This document shows positions 13,201-26,200 of a DNA stretch of 64,000 bases, in pieces; within the stretch, counting starts at the first letter, position 1; each line of letters starts with the position of its first letter. The translations under genes were made by a program, and so were the position numbers. This stretch comes from Eledone cirrhosa (taxonomy: Eukaryota): the NCBI GenBank assembly GCA_964016885.1, contig OZ024740.1, forward strand, positions 404,674,001-404,738,000, written 5' to 3'. The notes below the pieces were generated by a model. That model was not told where the DNA came from. It searched no databases and saw only the letters and a program-made list of their open reading frames with translations.

Positions 13201-16200
13201 ACTGTAAAGAGGTCATGTAGGTGTCACGACACAAAGCTTCAAGCCCACACTTCAAAGTGGTCATGTAGGTGACATGACAAAAAGCACCTAGCCCACACCA
13301 TAAAGTGGTCGTGTTTGAGTCACAAGAAGAAGCACCCAGCATACACTGTAAATGTGGTTGACATTAGGAAGGGAATCCAGCCACAGAAACGAAGCCTGAA
13401 ACAGTTCTGTACGAGCATGGCACGGGACAACCTATCTAACCCATGCTAGCATAGAAAATGGACATAAAACGACGACAACGTGTATGAAATAGTCACCTTT
13501 ATGGCTGTTTCCATCCAATAGAACCTTCTGAGATCATTAAAATAAAATACCAGTCAAGCACTGGGACCAAAAGAATTAATTTTCTTTGCTTCTGAGAATT
13601 GCTGGCCTTGTGCTTAAATTAGAAATCTTTAGTTTCTCTCTCATTTTACACACTTTATAAAAGAAAATATTACTCTTTTGCTATTTTACCTGTTCCAGCC
13701 ATCCGGCTGAGGCCATGTTGGGGCACTGCCCTTATTGATAATTTTTATGGATTTTTTACTTACTTTTGTAATTTTTCTAAACTATTTTGGTGATCCACAA
13801 AGTGAATTTTGGTGTTATCTTTAGACTTCATTTGATCTAATTTATATCCCAAATTAATTGTTTTTGTTTTTTCTTCTTTGAGTTCTGATTCTAATTTGTT
13901 TACAAAATCATTTTTCAGTTTTAGCTGTTGATTCAACTGGTGTACTACAAAACATTTTTAAGAAAATGAAAATCAACTTTGAAAAAATATCATTACAATA
14001 AGCAAGGTATAATAATAAAGTAGGTATGTAACGTAAGAAGGTATATAGCTTAGTGGTTAGAATGATGAGTTCACAATCGTGAGGTTGTGAATTTGGTTCC
14101 TGGACGAGGCTATGCATTGTGTCCTTGAGCAAGACATTTTATTCCATGTTGCTCTAGTTCACTCAGCTAGAAAAAAATGAATTGCAACATAGTGCCAAGC
14201 TGTATTGATCTTTGCCTTTCCCTTGGACAACACCAGTAGTGTAAAGAAGGGAGACTGGTTTGTATGGATGACTTCCACAAAAACACCTTGCCCGAGCTTG
14301 TACCTTGGAGAGGCACTCTCTAGGCACAAACCCATGGCCATTCATGACTAAAGGAGGCCGAAAATATAACAAAATAAAAATAAATGATCATTGTTATCAG
14401 GCTTGACTTTTATTTGTCACAGCTTCTATAATAATTTTCATCATATTCCATCTCGATTCTTGATAACTGTATTTATTTATCTATTGTATTTAGAATAGAA
14501 ACTACATTATGAATAACTACATTATTGACTACAAAAATATAAACACATATAACTATCTAATTTTTATGTTTCTCTTGATATAAACTTTAATCATAAAAGA
14601 TAGAATGTTTTTATTTTGTCATTGAATCACATGGATGATGCAATGTAGATGACAGTTCATATATATAACAAACAATAAATAATAGCATATGGGTGACTCA
14701 AATCAGAAAAATGAAGCTTATGTTACTGACTTAGCTTATAATGCTAAAAGATTTATTCACATTTAGATAAAAGAAACTTAATACATCTATAGTAAATTGA
14801 TAGTTTCTAAAATGTATATATCAATTTTAAAGGCAGCAAATTGGTAGAAGTGTTAGAACATTGGATAGAATGTTTTGCAGTATTTGTTCTGGCTCTGAGT
14901 TTTGCACTCTGAGTTCAAATCCTGCCACGGTCAACTTTGCCTTTCATCTTTTCAAGGTCAATAAAAAAAGTGCCAGTCCAGTAGTGGAGTTGATTCTTTC
15001 TCTATATTTCTTTCTGACTTCCTCTCTATCACTTTCTCTCCCTCCTTTTCTGGAAGAAATCGGCTATGTTTAGACCTGGAGAGAAGATGAGCTCTGCCAG
15101 TTTTTAAAAATGCCGAAGAAATGTTGTATGTCACAACGCTGCCTCTATGACTCTATCAGGAGTTACAGGTAGATGCATAGATAAGTATATTAGTTTTATT
15201 TTGTAATTAATGCTTTACATTTTTGTTTTTATTTTATTTTCCATTTACTATTTATTTATTTAACATGTTTATGTACCTTCTTATTATTATGGAGCCAGTT
15301 TATGTTAGCAAAATTGCTGTTGCTTCAACAACTGCTATTATTTAACCTTTTGATAACAAATTGCTTGAAACCACCCCTGGTCCTATGATAGAAAACTGGT
15401 TGTTTTAATGTGGTTTTATTTATCTAAAAACATTCCATTATAATTTTATGAAAAAACATTTGTTATGTTCCAAACAACATTTTGATAAGAAAGTTAGTTA
15501 GATTACTCCATCCGAATTCTTGATAATGTTCAAAACAATAGGCAGTTCCAGTCATTACTAATATGGTAATGAAAGGGTTAAAGAACAAGTATGTCAAGGC
15601 AAGGAATAATGTAAAGCTTCTGGTTTTATAAGTGTAGTCATTCTCTAAGCAAGTAGATCTACCACTAAATTTTCTTCGTAGGATAAAACAATTTTGCTTT
15701 ACTTATTTTAGAAATATATTAAAAAATTAATGAATATTAATAATTCTTACTTATTGTCTTATCTCTATGTCCTATGTGGCAACAAAAAAGGGTTAGCATC
15801 AGGAAGGGTATCCAGCCATAAAACATTGACTCAAAAAGACCTCCATGATGTGTTTGATTAAGCCTGTCATAGAACTCACGAGGCTAATCCCTGCTTTTGC
15901 ATGGAAACTGCTTTAACCCCTTTGATAGCAGCCTGCCCAAACCCTCCTCTGATTCCATGGAACAAAACCACCTATTCTAAATTGTTCTTTCAATTAATAT
16001 CTTCCAACATAATTTTATATGAGAATTTTGTTATGTTACAAATATCATCTTAATAAAAAAAATAATAATTTAATTAATTAATTAATTCAAACAGTGTATT
16101 TTATTAGAAATATGTTAACGAAACAGTTAAAATGCTTATTGATTGTATTGTCCTCTGAAATTCTCAGACTTGTTCATTCATTCTCTATGTTGAAACTTTT

Positions 16201-19200
16201 TTCTCTAATATATATTGATCCAAATATATTTACAGGCTAAAAACATGTGGGCCCTAGCTTGTTATTTTTAAAACTGCTAATGCAAACAAACTTAAATATA
16301 TAATAGTATGATTTACTTTCGTGGGAAAATTTGACAGAAGTATTTTTCGCATTTGATCTTTCATTCTTTAATTGTTCTATTAAGATGTGATTTTCTTCTT
16401 TGATTAAATCAAGCCGCTGTTCAATTAGTGATCTGTAAATATATTTTATACAATTATAAAATTTAATTTTTTATTCATCAGAGACGTTCAAGAAAACCAT
16501 ACATTTAGACAGAATATAAATAACAGATTCTCTCTTTATTGAAGTCATCAGTTGAGGTAAACCAGAAGGTTCATTTGGCCTTATACCGGTTTCATGGCGT
16601 GAAGCGACTGAGAGTACAAGCCTCCCCCCTGGCTAGAACGTCAGTCCATCGCAGGGTTAACCCCCAGCTATTGCTGGTACTCATTTTCAGCTGAGTATAC
16701 TGGAGCAACGTGAAATGAAGTGTTTTGCTCAAGAACACAACACACAACCCAGGAATTGAACCCACAACATTATGATCGTAAGTCCAACACCCTTACCACT
16801 AGGCCACGTGCCTCCACTGATTTTGATAGCATTACATAAAAATGTGTTATATTGAAGTCGTATCTGTGGCATAAAAAGTCTGTCACAGTGTGAAAAGAGG
16901 ATGGTAAGAGTATGTGCCAGAGAGATAGAGAGAGGGAGAGAGTGATGGTGGTGGCAACAGTAATGTGGAAATTTTTTAGTTTTTAATCTCACATCTTTAT
17001 GGAAAGTGGTTGGTAAAGATTTATGTATGTGTGTGTGAATGAGAGAGAAAGGGGCAGAGAGGGAGAAAGACCATACATACACACACATTAAAAAAATTAA
17101 CAAAGGGTTGAGAAAACTCTTAAGTTAACCCTTTAGCATTTATATTACTCTATATATACTATTGTAATTTCATGGTAAAAGCTTTGCCTCACATAATATC
17201 AAATCTATGAGATTTTGATCTTATATATTTTGAGAACAATACCTTAACATCAATATGATTGGCCGATTATGGCTGGTTTGAACAGAAAGAAGTGAGAAAA
17301 TTCTGGCCGGAGACAGCCGGTTTAAATGCTAAAGGATTAAAGATATGACAACCTCCCTGATGATGGTGCTCCAATAAAACACTCCAAGTCAGGATACAAT
17401 CAAATAATTCCAGAGAAATCTAGAGAGAGAGAATTTGAAGTTAGTAAATGTTTTTACAATAGGCAGACTAATGCATCTACTTCTGTTTCACTGATCTACT
17501 TCTTTTATCTTCTCTCTCTTTTTTGCCATGTTCACTTTTCTTTATTTTTTCTTTCTCTTCTCTCGTTTCTTTTGTCGTTCTCAATCTCCTTTTTCCTTAG
17601 ACCTTTGTTTCATATTTCCCTTCCTCTGTCACTTTTAAACTTACTTATTTCTACAGTTATATCTAGAGACTTAGAAATTTCTGAAATGTTAAATTTTGCA
17701 TTATAAAGATTATCAGTAAAGAATCTCAGTATCGCGACAAAAAGCACCCAGTACTCACTGTAAATGAGGTTGGCATTAGGAAGGGCATCCAGCTGTAAAA
17801 ACCAAGCAGAATCATTCTGTGTGAAAAAGACATGGTCATTTGACCTGGCATTGCTCACAACAGGATAACTCATCTAACCCATGCTAACGTGGAAAAATGG
17901 ACGTTAAACGGTGATGGTGATGATGTTTTAAATAAATATATAATACCTGTTTTAGCTTGTGTATTGTAATAAAATATTTCGGTGTATATTAAAAGAAAAA
18001 GATGTAAAATCTCAGCTTTAATTACTGTTATTATATACCTATATTATTAGACTACCATTGTCTGTTTCTCTGTCGTGGTTTATACTGAAGTTCATTCCTT
18101 AAATCTTTTCAGAATGAAGTGTGTCTGGGATGCCAATGGGAGTTGGCTTTGTTTTCTAGAAATCAAATGACATACTTTCATTTAATTAAACCTGTACTGT
18201 GTATGTAATGGTGAGGAGGTTGTCTTGTTTCATAAAAATTCTGTGGTACTTGAATTATATTTGCTTTTACTAAAACTTGTCAAAGTTTCAAGTGGTCTCT
18301 TTAGTTGTATCAGAGACAGGGCAACTTCCTTAATGGTGATGCCACAATAAAATGCACCCAGTACACTCTGTAGATTGCAGGAAGGTATGTAAATGAGATG
18401 CAGTATCCAGTCCATCTGAAAAGTCAGCAGCACTGACTGATACTGATTTGGTCTGTTATGACCAAGCCAGACCTTGTAAGCAAAGAAAACATCTTAAAGT
18501 CAACCTGGCAAAGACTAAAGTCCTAGTATATAGAAAGAATAACAGGGCCCAGATTCCCCCAGGGAAATGGCCGTGTGCAGGAAAGGAGTAGGTAGAAACT
18601 CCATCCTATGCCCCAAATACAAACTATGGGTACATAAGCGATATAATAGGATTTCAGGTAGGCTAGCAAAGAATGCAGGTTTTACATGTGATCGTTACAC
18701 AGGTGCAGTAAGCAGCAACAGCTCACAGGATACTAACACCTTTAAATGCCCAGGGGGCTCAGTAGAAGTAGTTGATAGTTCCTATTGCCTGGGCGAGCAA
18801 ATTAGCAGTGGAGGTGGATGTTCCAAAAGTACTGAGCTAGAGTAAGAATGTGATGGAGAAAGTTCAGGGAGTTACTACTTCTGCTAACCACAAAAGGTCT
18901 TCCCTTAAAATGAAGGACAGATTGAATGATGCGTGTATACAAACAACAATGTTGTATGGTAGTGAGACCTGGGTGCTGTGTGCAGAAGACCTACGTAGAT
19001 TGGAAGAAATGTAGCTTCCATAATTTGATGATGTGTAATATACATGTACGGCAAAGCATAAATGATGTGAGAGAGAAACTGGGTATAAGAGGAAATCAGA
19101 TGCAGTGTGCAGGAGAGGAGAATGCTTTGGTATGGGCATGTGATGCATATGAAAGATGACGGCCGTATAAAAAAGTGCAGGGGGCTCAAGGTTGATGGAA

Positions 19201-21291
19201 GCTATGGTGTAGGAAGACCTTGGAAGACTTGGAATGAGGTGATAAAAGCTGACCTTGCACAATTGCACCACTTGAAGGCAATGACACAGGACCGAGATCT
19301 CTGATGCTATGCAGTACTACAGAAGGCCAGCCTTCCCATGTGCACAGATTGAAGCATATATCTTGTATGCACTACCTTCCCCTTCCATACACCTCCACAC
19401 CCTAACACCCTCCCCCTCTTGCATCTCTCATGTCCTAACACTCCATCCATACCCGAACACTCTGCCCCCTCATACATGTCCCTAGATCTACCACCCCAAT
19501 CCCCAGCCACACTGTAAAGTGGTAGTGTAGGTGTCACACAAAAAGTGCCCAGCCCACACTGTAAAGTGGTCGTCAACCACCACACACTGTAAATATGGTT
19601 GCTGTTAGAAAGGGCATCCAGCCATAGAAACCAAGTCAAAACCAGTCCTAAATGAGCAAGACATGGTCATCGGAGCTGGCTTGTCTCACAATGGGGTAAC
19701 TTGTCTAACCCACGCTAGTGTGGAAAATGGACATACACAGGCGTTACATATACTTGCATAATTATGAATTTACACACACACACAACCACATACAAATGCA
19801 TAATATGTATATTATGAATTCATACACATATCTACACATGGACATAAAAAGAATTATGATGATGATGATGATGACATCATCATCATAATTCAGAGGCAAA
19901 AAAACATTAAGCATCTATGAATTTTTACATACATGTACACATACAAACACACAGATATAAGTGAGAAAGTGAGAGTGAGAGAGAGAGAAATAAAGTAAGA
20001 CAAAGAGAGAAAAGGAGAGTCGAAGAGAAAGAGAAATACAGGGAAGAGGGAAAGATTAAACAGATTGAAGATGACAAATGTTATAACTTGGAACATTTTC
20101 ATTTTTTATCCTCTACTGTCTTCCCCTCCCCACTCTATTACAACTTTCAGGCTTTCTTCATCTCCTTTCTTTAGTTTACATTTTTTTTACTTAAGGGATG
20201 GCTGAGAGTCAGAATTTTTTGTCCATGGGATTATTCATGGATGGATTTTGAGAAATAGTGATGTCATCTTCAGACAGACAAAAATTCATGCTTATTATAT
20301 AGATAAGTATAATATTGAGACAGAAAAAGAAAAGTCAAAGCAGTGAAGGGTAGATGGGTATAAATGTACTAAGCTTAAGAAGTAAAGGAAACAGATTCAT
20401 ACATTTGTATACAAAAGTTAAAGAAATAATCATAGGACAAAGAAGAAGAGAAAGAAGCAGTAAGATGGAGTGAGTGAGATTTATAACATTGGCAGTATAG
20501 GGAACATAGTTGATTGGCATTTAAAGAAAATAAAGTAATGAACAGGTGTACAAAATTCAATAGATAAAAGCAGATTTTCTACTTATGGGACAAAATAAGA
20601 AGTTAGTTTACCAAGTGTCTACAGTTCTCATATGAAATACCTTTGAGCAAAACTTAGTAAATAGAAAGCCTTTGACAAAAAGTGTGTGTGCATGCATGTG
20701 TGCATATGCAAGAGTCTTTACTATTTCAATGCTTAACAAAATCCTTGTACATATATTTTTAACTGCTTACTGTATAAAGTTACAAATTATATTTTGCCAC
20801 AAACTAGATTAACATTTTTTTATACTTTCCAATATATTTAATCATACTTTGAGATGATGATAAAAGAAGAACAGATTTATAAAAAGAATATTATAACTGC
20901 ACATTAAAAATAGATATATAATACATAGTAAAACCTACTACAGCCAGTAGGCATCTCTAACAAAATACACCCCGTCCCACCACCCCCACCCCATCCACAC
21001 CACCCCATTCTATGTAAAGTTATGTTGGTGCCGCGCCATCCAGGCCGAAACAAATGAGATCGTGTAGGTGTCACGACAAAAAAACACACAGTCCACGCTG
21101 TAATGTGGCCGTGTAGGCAACACGGTAAAAACCTCCCAGACCCACACTGTAAATGTGGTTGGTGTTAGGAAGGGCATCCAACTGTAGAAAACCTGCCAGA
21201 CTGTCCTATGCGAGCAAGACAATCACTCTTGCCTCAAGTGGGAATACCCCCGTCCAAACCCATGCAAGCGTGGAACACGGACGTTAAACGT

Positions 21292-21326
<35 letters not shown>

Positions 21327-23255
21327 ATAGTGACAGAAACTTTAGTTGTTGAAAGATTAAATTTAATTTCAAATTTTAGTTTGACATGTTTAAAGATTTA
21401 GAGAAACCTTTCAAAAACTCTGCTGCTTCCAGATGTCAGTTTATCTATTGTCTTATGTAATGTATCGCTCTCATCAATTAATTCTTTACATTTCTTGGAT
21501 AAATTTTCAATTTCTTCCTAAAAAAAAAAAATAACAATAATAATAATCGTTTCCGATTTAGGCACAAGGTCAACAATTTTTGGGGAGGGGAAAGTCGATT
21601 AAATCGACCCCAATGTGTGACTGGTGCTCTATTTTATTGACCCCGTAAGGATGAAAAGCAAAGCTAACCTCGGACACGATTACGTGTTTGCCACCTCCAC
21701 TCAACCTTTCAGGGATAGCTTTCTCTCGGCCCATTTCTGGGTGAGAGTGGTTACTCTGCTCATTACCTCATCCCAGTTTTTATCCACCTGGAGGTTTGAA
21801 CCAGACTCCAAGAAACTTCACCAATCCACCCATCCAGCATCTGTCAAGGCTGTTGAACAGCATGGATTTGCCTCTCCATGTGCCGAGCTGCCAATCACCC
21901 AACTTTTCTGAGTTCAGTTTTACTCCGATTAACCTTTCATATTCTTCTAAGAAGGTGCTGACCACCTCGATTCCAAAGGTGTTCAACACCATCATGGTCA
22001 TGTCATCCGTATATGCCAACACAGCCATCCCAAGTTCTGGTTCAAGTGGGATGCCTTGCAACAGTTCAAGCTTCCGCAGTAAAGGCTCAAGAGTCAATAC
22101 ATACAATAATAATAAGGGAAAGTGAATATTAAATGATGATGATGATGATGATGATGGTGGTGGTGGAGGTAAGGAATGTTAAAATATAGACTTTGAATAA
22201 GAGAGATAGTAAACTGTAATATAATAAGGTATGACTCATATGAGAACTATTAAGATAGTTCTAGTTCAATATCTTCATACAGGCAAAGGAATGTTAAGTT
22301 AATTTTATAAAAACAAAGTAAATGAAAAAGAAAATACAAGTTTTGACCTTGACAACATAATTAAATATGAATAGATATGGTTATGAATCAATTATAGTTC
22401 CAAAATTCTATAAGTAGCATTATAAAAACTACAAAGTGTGATGTGATCTGATGCATGTTCAGATGTCAGATTCAGGTTCCATAAATAAGACACAAATGGC
22501 ATAAACTGATTGGATATTAGATAGAGGAAATAATTAAAACTTCTCTGAAGGCATGTGACTTAGTGGTTACAGGGTTGATCTTACAATCATAAACTATACC
22601 ATTGACTTAAGGGTAAGATAAATTACACATTACTCTATAGATATAGTGAGTTTTGTTTCTCTCATATACCCAGTCAAACCGGTTGAAAAAAGCTCAATGT
22701 GGCTATTGTCAAAGAAGAATGACAACTGCAGCTATAATAGATTACATCAAGCCACTAAAATAGATTGCTGCTTATAGAAATAGGTTTTTCCCATAGTGAT
22801 GTGAAATGTTAGTTCTGTTGATGACTTTTGTTGGTGAGTGGGTGTAAACCACAGGAATGGGAAACATGATCACTGGAAGGTCCCGGGTTCATATCGCACC
22901 AGAGGAAGGTAAAAAGCAGCAGAACACCTAAAAGCCATAAACTAGGTGGGCCCAACTCTCTTAGAGAGTCAGGAGGAATCAAGGGCCAAAACACTTGCTT
23001 GATGGGAGTTCCTCTGAAGATACTCCTGCTGTCCGCTCACCTCGTTGTTAGTTTCCACATCCCATATGTGTGTGTGTATATATAGTACTTGGTAAAATCC
23101 TAACAGAAAACTCACTTGTAGACTAACCAAAATGAAGTGGAACTTCCATTTGGATTTTACCAATTACTATACCAACTTAGTAACTAAATATGCATCATTG
23201 CACTACCCTGCACTACTCTGATCTGTGATTTTTCCAGTCTCCATACTGTGAAGAC

Positions 23256-23293
<38 letters not shown>

Positions 23294-26200
23294 ATTGAGT
23301 TATTTTTCTCAAATAAAAGGGTTGGTGTCCCACAAAAACAATATGACCCACAGCTTAGCAGTTCAACATGTATCTCTGTTCAAATTCCAATATCCAGTTA
23401 AATTTATACTTATCAGAACATTTACTTTGTACACTGCAATATTCTTCTCTTGTTGAGTTGTTTGTTTTTCATATTCAAGTATTAAAGGTGACAAATATTT
23501 GGTGCTAATCTGAAAATGAAAATAAATACCAATAGATATTTGAAATAACTTTATGGATTTAGGTCATGTCTATCTAGTTTAGAATAGATACACCATATCC
23601 CTGCATGTTGTAAGAAGCAACTAAAAGGGTTGGTGTCACAAAGAGCATCCAGCTGTTTAACATTGCCTCAAAAAGACCTGTCAAACCCAAACTATCATTA
23701 CAAAAGTTGATGTCAAAATGATGATGATGATGACAAATTTTTTGAGTGCCCACACTATTTTTGATACTTTATGTGTTAGTTTTTGCATTTTTCAAAAAGT
23801 TGTTAAAAATAAAATAAAAGAGATATTTTGATTAAATTTGCTGTATTTACATCTTATAACCTGTGCTTCACAAGGTAAACTATAATGAATCAGTACATCT
23901 TAAGTACACAAGGAGTTGAGGTAAAATACATTTAGAATATAATACCAATACATATTTGGCTCTCAAAGAGTTAATAAACACTTAATTCTGGTCAGTTCAT
24001 GCAATGTTTTCCCATCAGTCTTTTTTTTTGTAGTTAGTTATATATAGTACAAGATTGTGATTTTATTTGAAAAACTATTCTTGCTTTGAAACAATATTTC
24101 AGATATTCTAACCATCATTATTATCATCGTTTAACATCCATTTTCCACATATCAAAAGATTTACAATTTTCAGTAAGAAAGTAATCAGAGAAAAGAGGAA
24201 AAAGAAAGGAAGCAAAAAGTAGGAGAGGAAAAAAGACAGGAGAAGACAAGCACATTCAGTCACATGCCACAATTAATTCAGGTGTAGAGTAACAGAAAAC
24301 ATTCATTTGTATTGTTGTTGTATACTAAAGATTATGTTTTAAGAAAATACATTAAAGAAAGGAAAATTTAATGCAATTTTTTACTCACAAGCCATGAAGG
24401 GATAGGACCTTCATTTGGTAAACCAACAATATTGGGACCCTGGATAAGAACAACAAAACATTCTCAACTTGAAAAAAATCAATCAATAAATAAAAATATT
24501 TTTTTAATAGATTTTACCTGGTTCTAGTGTTTAATTGAAGGTGGTAAATTAGCAGGGTTATTAGGACATTGGATAGAATGTCTAACAGCATGTGTTCTGA
24601 CTCTCTGCTTTCTGAGTTCAAATTCCACTGAAATTAACTTTGTCTCTCATCCTTTCAGGTTTGATAAATTAAGTACTAGTTCAAGACTGGAGTCAAAGCT
24701 TCTCTCACACTCTCCCCACCCTTCTCTTTCTCTCTGGAAGAAATTGGCTATGATCAAACCTGGAAAGGGATGGGCTCGACCAGGTTTAACCCGTTTGATA
24801 CCCAACTGCTTGAAACTGGTCTGGATTAATAATACAATCCTGCTCAGTTTTAAATGTTTATCTTTATATGAAAACTTTTATCATAATTTTATTTTAGAAA
24901 ATGTTTGTTCAATAATGTTCTAAATACCAGCTTACTAATGAAAAACTTAGTTAATCAAATTCTTCTAAATGTTTAATTACTTTCAAAATTAACTGAAACA
25001 CATAGACAGTGTATTTCATTAGAAATATGCTAATGAAGAGTTGTCCAGAACAGTGTAATGGCAATGCCCTAACAACTCCATCAGAAGTTAAGGGCCCATG
25101 AATGAATGAATGCTTGATAACAAATTTACTGTTAGTTTATAGTTTTGAAAATTTGAAAATATAATAAGTAACTAATTAGATGGATATAACTTTTTCCTAG
25201 ATGCAATGTTCATCTAATATACACATTTTTGTATCCCAATTATTGTTATATATGGAATTTTAAAAAATTAAATATGTGTTACAAAAATATATATTCAAGA
25301 TGTAATATGAATATAAATTTACTTCTTTTAACACTTCAGCACAGCCAAATTTTGCTTGGTATTTGCTCAGTTCTCTATTCAATTTGTAAACCAAGTCTCT
25401 TAGATTCATTAGCTCTTCTTTTAATTGTTGTATTCGAGATTTATCAGAATCTGAAATTTACAACCACAATAAAATTAAAACTAAATAAATAAAAAATAAA
25501 AAAGTAAAAAAGCAACAAACAAAAAGAGTAAACAAACAATTCTTTTTGTTACTAATTTAAACTTTGAATTTGTATTAAATTAGTCTGGCTTCTATTGATT
25601 GTTTAGTTTTCATACTTTCTCTTACGCGCACGCGCACACACATATCTCCCTTATACACACATGTATACAGATATATTTAATATCACAATTAGCAATAAGA
25701 TTTGACTGGAGAAATTATTCTATTGAGTAATATAGGGAGAAGCAAATATATGTTTTCAAAATATCGCTAAAATCATTTAGAACCATATTGTACCTTGACT
25801 TTTCTGCAAATCTTGTACTTGCTTTTGAACTTTCTCTTGTACTTCCTCAATATGTGGAACTATCACATCCGTTCTTATAGATCTGTTGTCTGTTGAGTCC
25901 TGAAAAAAAAAAACATCAATAGCTGAGAGAACCTTTAATATTCTTGGGTCTATGTAAGGACAAACAAAGAATTCAACAGTGCCTAGTGTGGGTATGGTGT
26001 GGCGTGCGGTGGCCGGAGGCGGGGGGAGTGCTCGACCGGAAGGGGTCTTTGGCCGGAAGGATGCTCGACCGGAAGGGCCAGCAGAAGGCCTCTCTCTAGT
26101 GGTGACCAGCACGCGGTGTGGACGTGAGTTTTGGGCAGCTCCCGGTGTTAAGCAGTCGGACGCACGTGGAAGAGGAGTACCTGCAGTGGAATTTAGGGCG

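Noticed and set aside
13100-13350. Regular repeats that might suggest a CRISPR array
   Set aside because: Contiguous diverged tandem units with no unique spacers, embedded in a retroelement tail in eukaryotic DNA.
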